DNA of 32,000 nucleotides, from NCBI GenBank assembly GCA_025349965.1, contig CP075337.1, positions 90,001 through 122,000 on the forward strand, in the 5' to 3' direction. A program made the translations under genes and the position numbers. Shown here piece after piece: positions 30,222-32,000 of the stretch. Within the stretch, counting starts at the first letter, position 1. Every line of letters begins with the position of its first letter. Origin of the DNA: Candidatus Saccharimonadota bacterium. Lineage in GTDB: Bacteria > Patescibacteriota > Saccharimonadia > Saccharimonadales > Saccharimonadaceae. The notes beneath the pieces were generated by a model. The model was not told the DNA's origin. It was given only the letters and a program-made list of their open reading frames with translations, and did no database searches.

Positions 30222-31700
30222 ATGCTGAAGAAAATATGTAGACTATTATTGTTGGGTTTAATGGTTTGCGCAGGTAGTGCGTGTGTAACCCCTACACACG
30301 CTTCTTCAGCGAACGTCTTGCTTCCAAGTACGGAGACTGGAGTTGTTTTGACACATATTTATCCAGCAACCCTGAACGGGGCGACGCATGAAATGGTGGC
30401 GCTGTATAACAATACTGCCGAGGCCATCGAAATAACAAATTGGTGTATTACGAATAAAAATGAGCAAGCACTCGTATGTTTCAAGAGCCAGGTAAAAGAC
30501 GGCTTCTTCATAGACGGGTATACCCGTGTTGCAGTTGCTTCGGAAGAGTATGTTGCTACACTTGATGAGCAGGTGTTTATCGACCGTGTTTTTACTGTAG
30601 CGAACAAGACGAGCGGTAGTCTCGTGGGGTCGAATGATACAGTACGCCTAAAAGATGCCGTTGGGCGCACCGTGTCTGAGTTTTCATGGACGTCCACTGC
30701 TGTAAAAGGAAGTGGATATATACGAACGAGTTTTAACGATGAGACGCGTATGTATAGTACGGAGTCGCGTCTTGAGTCATTGGTGGCTGTAGTGATAGCG
30801 GGCGGAGGTCTGCGTCTTGAGCCTCGAGCCGTTGATGATACACAAGAGGCTGCCATTGATACTGATCAGCTTCGCCTTTCCGAAATTCTTGCTAATCCAA
30901 CAGGCGCGGATGCGGGCAACGAGTTTATTGAATTGTACAATAGTGGCTCTGCCACGGTTTTGCTTGATATGTATGCACTGCGTGTTACGGGTGGTTCCTC
31001 GGATAAGACCTTTACCTTTCCTGACGGTTTGTCTCTCGAGCCTGATGAATACTATGCGATCTATGATACGGAAGTAAAATTCTCTTTAAATAATACGGCG
31101 GGCGCAGTCTCGTTACTTCGATCCGGGGATGGTGCGTCCGAGGAGGATGTAGTTGACGCCGCACTTTATAGGGGCCCAAAAGAGGGTTATTCCTGGGCGT
31201 ATTTTAATGAAGACGAAAGTGTGGATTGGATATATACCTCGCGCCCAACACCCAATCAGCCCAATTTAAAAGATGAGCCCGTTGAGCAGGGGGTGAAAGT
31301 TTCTCAAGTGAAGACTTGTAGTGAAGATCAGTATAGAAATCCAGAGACAGGGCGCTGTAAAAAGAAAGGGGTCGTCGCAGTGGCGGCGTCTTGTAAGATT
31401 GGGCAATATCGAAGCGAGGAAACAGGACGTTGCCGCAATGTCGCTACTGCAAAGATCCCTACAGATTGCAAACAAGGACAGGAACGAAACCCGGAAACAA
31501 ACCGATGTAGGAATAGTAAACAGATGACAAAAGCAGGTCATGGGGTTGAGGTGAAGCCGACTATTACTTCGGGTGGCGTCGCGTGGTATGCGTGGGTGTT
31601 GGTGGGGGTGATTGTTGTTGGGGTGCTTGCGTATGGGGCGTGGGAATGGAGGGGCGAACTTTATAAAATCTGGCAAAAGCTTCGTCAGCAGAAGGGGTAA
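30222..31700 (+). CDS. Secreted, C-terminally anchored protein with two lamin-tail-domain (LTD)-like modules and three Cys-bracketed repeats
   Basis: Signal peptide present. LTD signatures are LSEILANPTGADAGNEFIELYNSG and an earlier degenerate copy (HEMVALYNNTAEAIEITNW). The repeat CxxxQxRxxETxRC occurs three times. C-terminal TM helix VAWYAWVLVGVIVVGVLAYGAW. Confidence 0.75.
   Translation: MLKKICRLLLLGLMVCAGSACVTPTHASSANVLLPSTETGVVLTHIYPATLNGATHEMVALYNNTAEAIEITNWCITNKNEQALVCFKSQVKDGFFIDGYTRVAVASEEYVATLDEQVFIDRVFTVANKTSGSLVGSNDTVRLKDAVGRTVSEFSWTSTAVKGSGYIRTSFNDETRMYSTESRLESLVAVVIAGGGLRLEPRAVDDTQEAAIDTDQLRLSEILANPTGADAGNEFIELYNSGSATVLLDMYALRVTGGSSDKTFTFPDGLSLEPDEYYAIYDTEVKFSLNNTAGAVSLLRSGDGASEEDVVDAALYRGPKEGYSWAYFNEDESVDWIYTSRPTPNQPNLKDEPVEQGVKVSQVKTCSEDQYRNPETGRCKKKGVVAVAASCKIGQYRSEETGRCRNVATAKIPTDCKQGQERNPETNRCRNSKQMTKAGHGVEVKPTITSGGVAWYAWVLVGVIVVGVLAYGAWEWRGELYKIWQKLRQQKG
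31317..31508 (+). repeat. Three in-frame 75-nt (25-aa) repeats, each encoding a 14-residue Cys-Cys loop
   Basis: The loops are CSEDQYRNPETGRC, CKIGQYRSEETGRC and CKQGQERNPETNRC. Their first Cys codons are at 31317, 31392 and 31467. Confidence 0.8.
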
Positions 31701-31728
31701 TTCGCGTAAGTATCGTATACTAAGGGTA

Positions 31729-32000
31729 ATGAGAGTACTTGGAATTGACCCAGGAACGGGGATTATGGGATTTGGCGTCGTTGACGTGTCGCCGAGTGGC
31801 TCCTTTACGCTTGTCGATGCCGGGGTTATTCGCACTCCACCACACACTCCTCAAGACGAGCGACTCGAGGATATCTACGCGAGTTTGAATGAAATTATAG
31901 ACGCAACGAAGCCGGATGTTTGTTCGATTGAGAAACTCTTTTTTATGAGGAATATCACTACCGCTATGACCGTGGCGGAAGCACGTGGCGTGGCACTCTT
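31729..32000 (+). CDS. ruvC: Crossover junction endodeoxyribonuclease RuvC (5' part, runs off the window)
   Basis: MRVLGIDPGTGIMGFGVVD...PDVCSIEKLFF matches the RuvC N-terminus, including the catalytic Asp and Glu. It is absent from the ORF track because no stop lies in the window. TATACT (31716-31721) lies 7 nt upstream of the ATG. Confidence 0.9.
   Translation, partial: MRVLGIDPGTGIMGFGVVDVSPSGSFTLVDAGVIRTPPHTPQDERLEDIYASLNEIIDATKPDVCSIEKLFFMRNITTAMTVAEARGVAL

Noticed and set aside
31266-31847. 193-aa minus-strand ORF
   Set aside because: It is antisense to the LTD gene 3' end and the ruvC 5' end, both of which have strong protein signatures.
1-32000. CRISPR arrays, rRNA genes, transposase/IS elements, retron or DGR components
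   Set aside because: I saw no regularly spaced direct repeats and no 16S/23S/5S-like sequence. I saw no DDE or HUH transposase and no reverse-transcriptase ORF. The only tandem repeats are GGGGAGTGT x2 and the in-frame 75-nt repeats of the LTD gene.

Overview
This 32-kb window looks like it comes from a small-genome, Gram-positive-like bacterium. The gene content is an archaeal-type AspRS, many short membrane or secreted hypotheticals, a lamin-tail-domain surface protein and a DUF916-like surface protein. With GC in the high 40s by hand count, this suggests a Patescibacteria/CPR (Saccharibacteria-like) genome. That placement is inference only.

Backbone genes, in order:
- tgt, a DsbA-like oxidoreductase, a CBS-domain membrane protein and aspS
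- a MutY-like glycosylase with no cysteines, a Mur ligase and an MFS transporter
- a GC-rich NrdH-like redoxin, msrA and an FtsB-like protein
- a three-gene minus-strand operon: membrane protein, stand-alone ATP-cone protein, and an E3/SthA-like flavoprotein lacking both redox cysteines
- a GH97 glycosidase with no signal peptide
- a Y-family DNA polymerase with a small overlapping upstream partner
- yebC, a double lamin-tail-domain protein with Cys-bracketed repeats, and the 5' part of ruvC

Three tRNAs with a CAT anticodon are present: Ile2-like, initiator-like and elongator Met.

The accessory highlight is a 5,657-bp low-GC islet at 20495-26158. It is bounded by a 7-bp direct repeat (TTGGTAG) and sits at the CCA end of tRNA-Met, separating that tRNA from its apparent original terminator. 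The islet carries:
- a large serine recombinase whose ORF reads into the tRNA
- a small putative accessory protein
- a DUF4352 membrane protein preceded by a pseudoknot-like structured region
- a compact module of two unrelated PIN-like nucleases flanking a fused XRE-HTH/ImmA-IrrE metalloprotease

I rank that module as the best candidate for an uncharacterised defence or addiction system.

Two further observations:
- About a third of the genes have a -10 hexamer exactly 6-7 nt upstream of the start codon, which suggests leaderless mRNAs.
- An ORF-free unit of about 245 nt with its own promoter and terminator lies upstream of yebC.

All family assignments come from motif recognition by eye. No database search was run.
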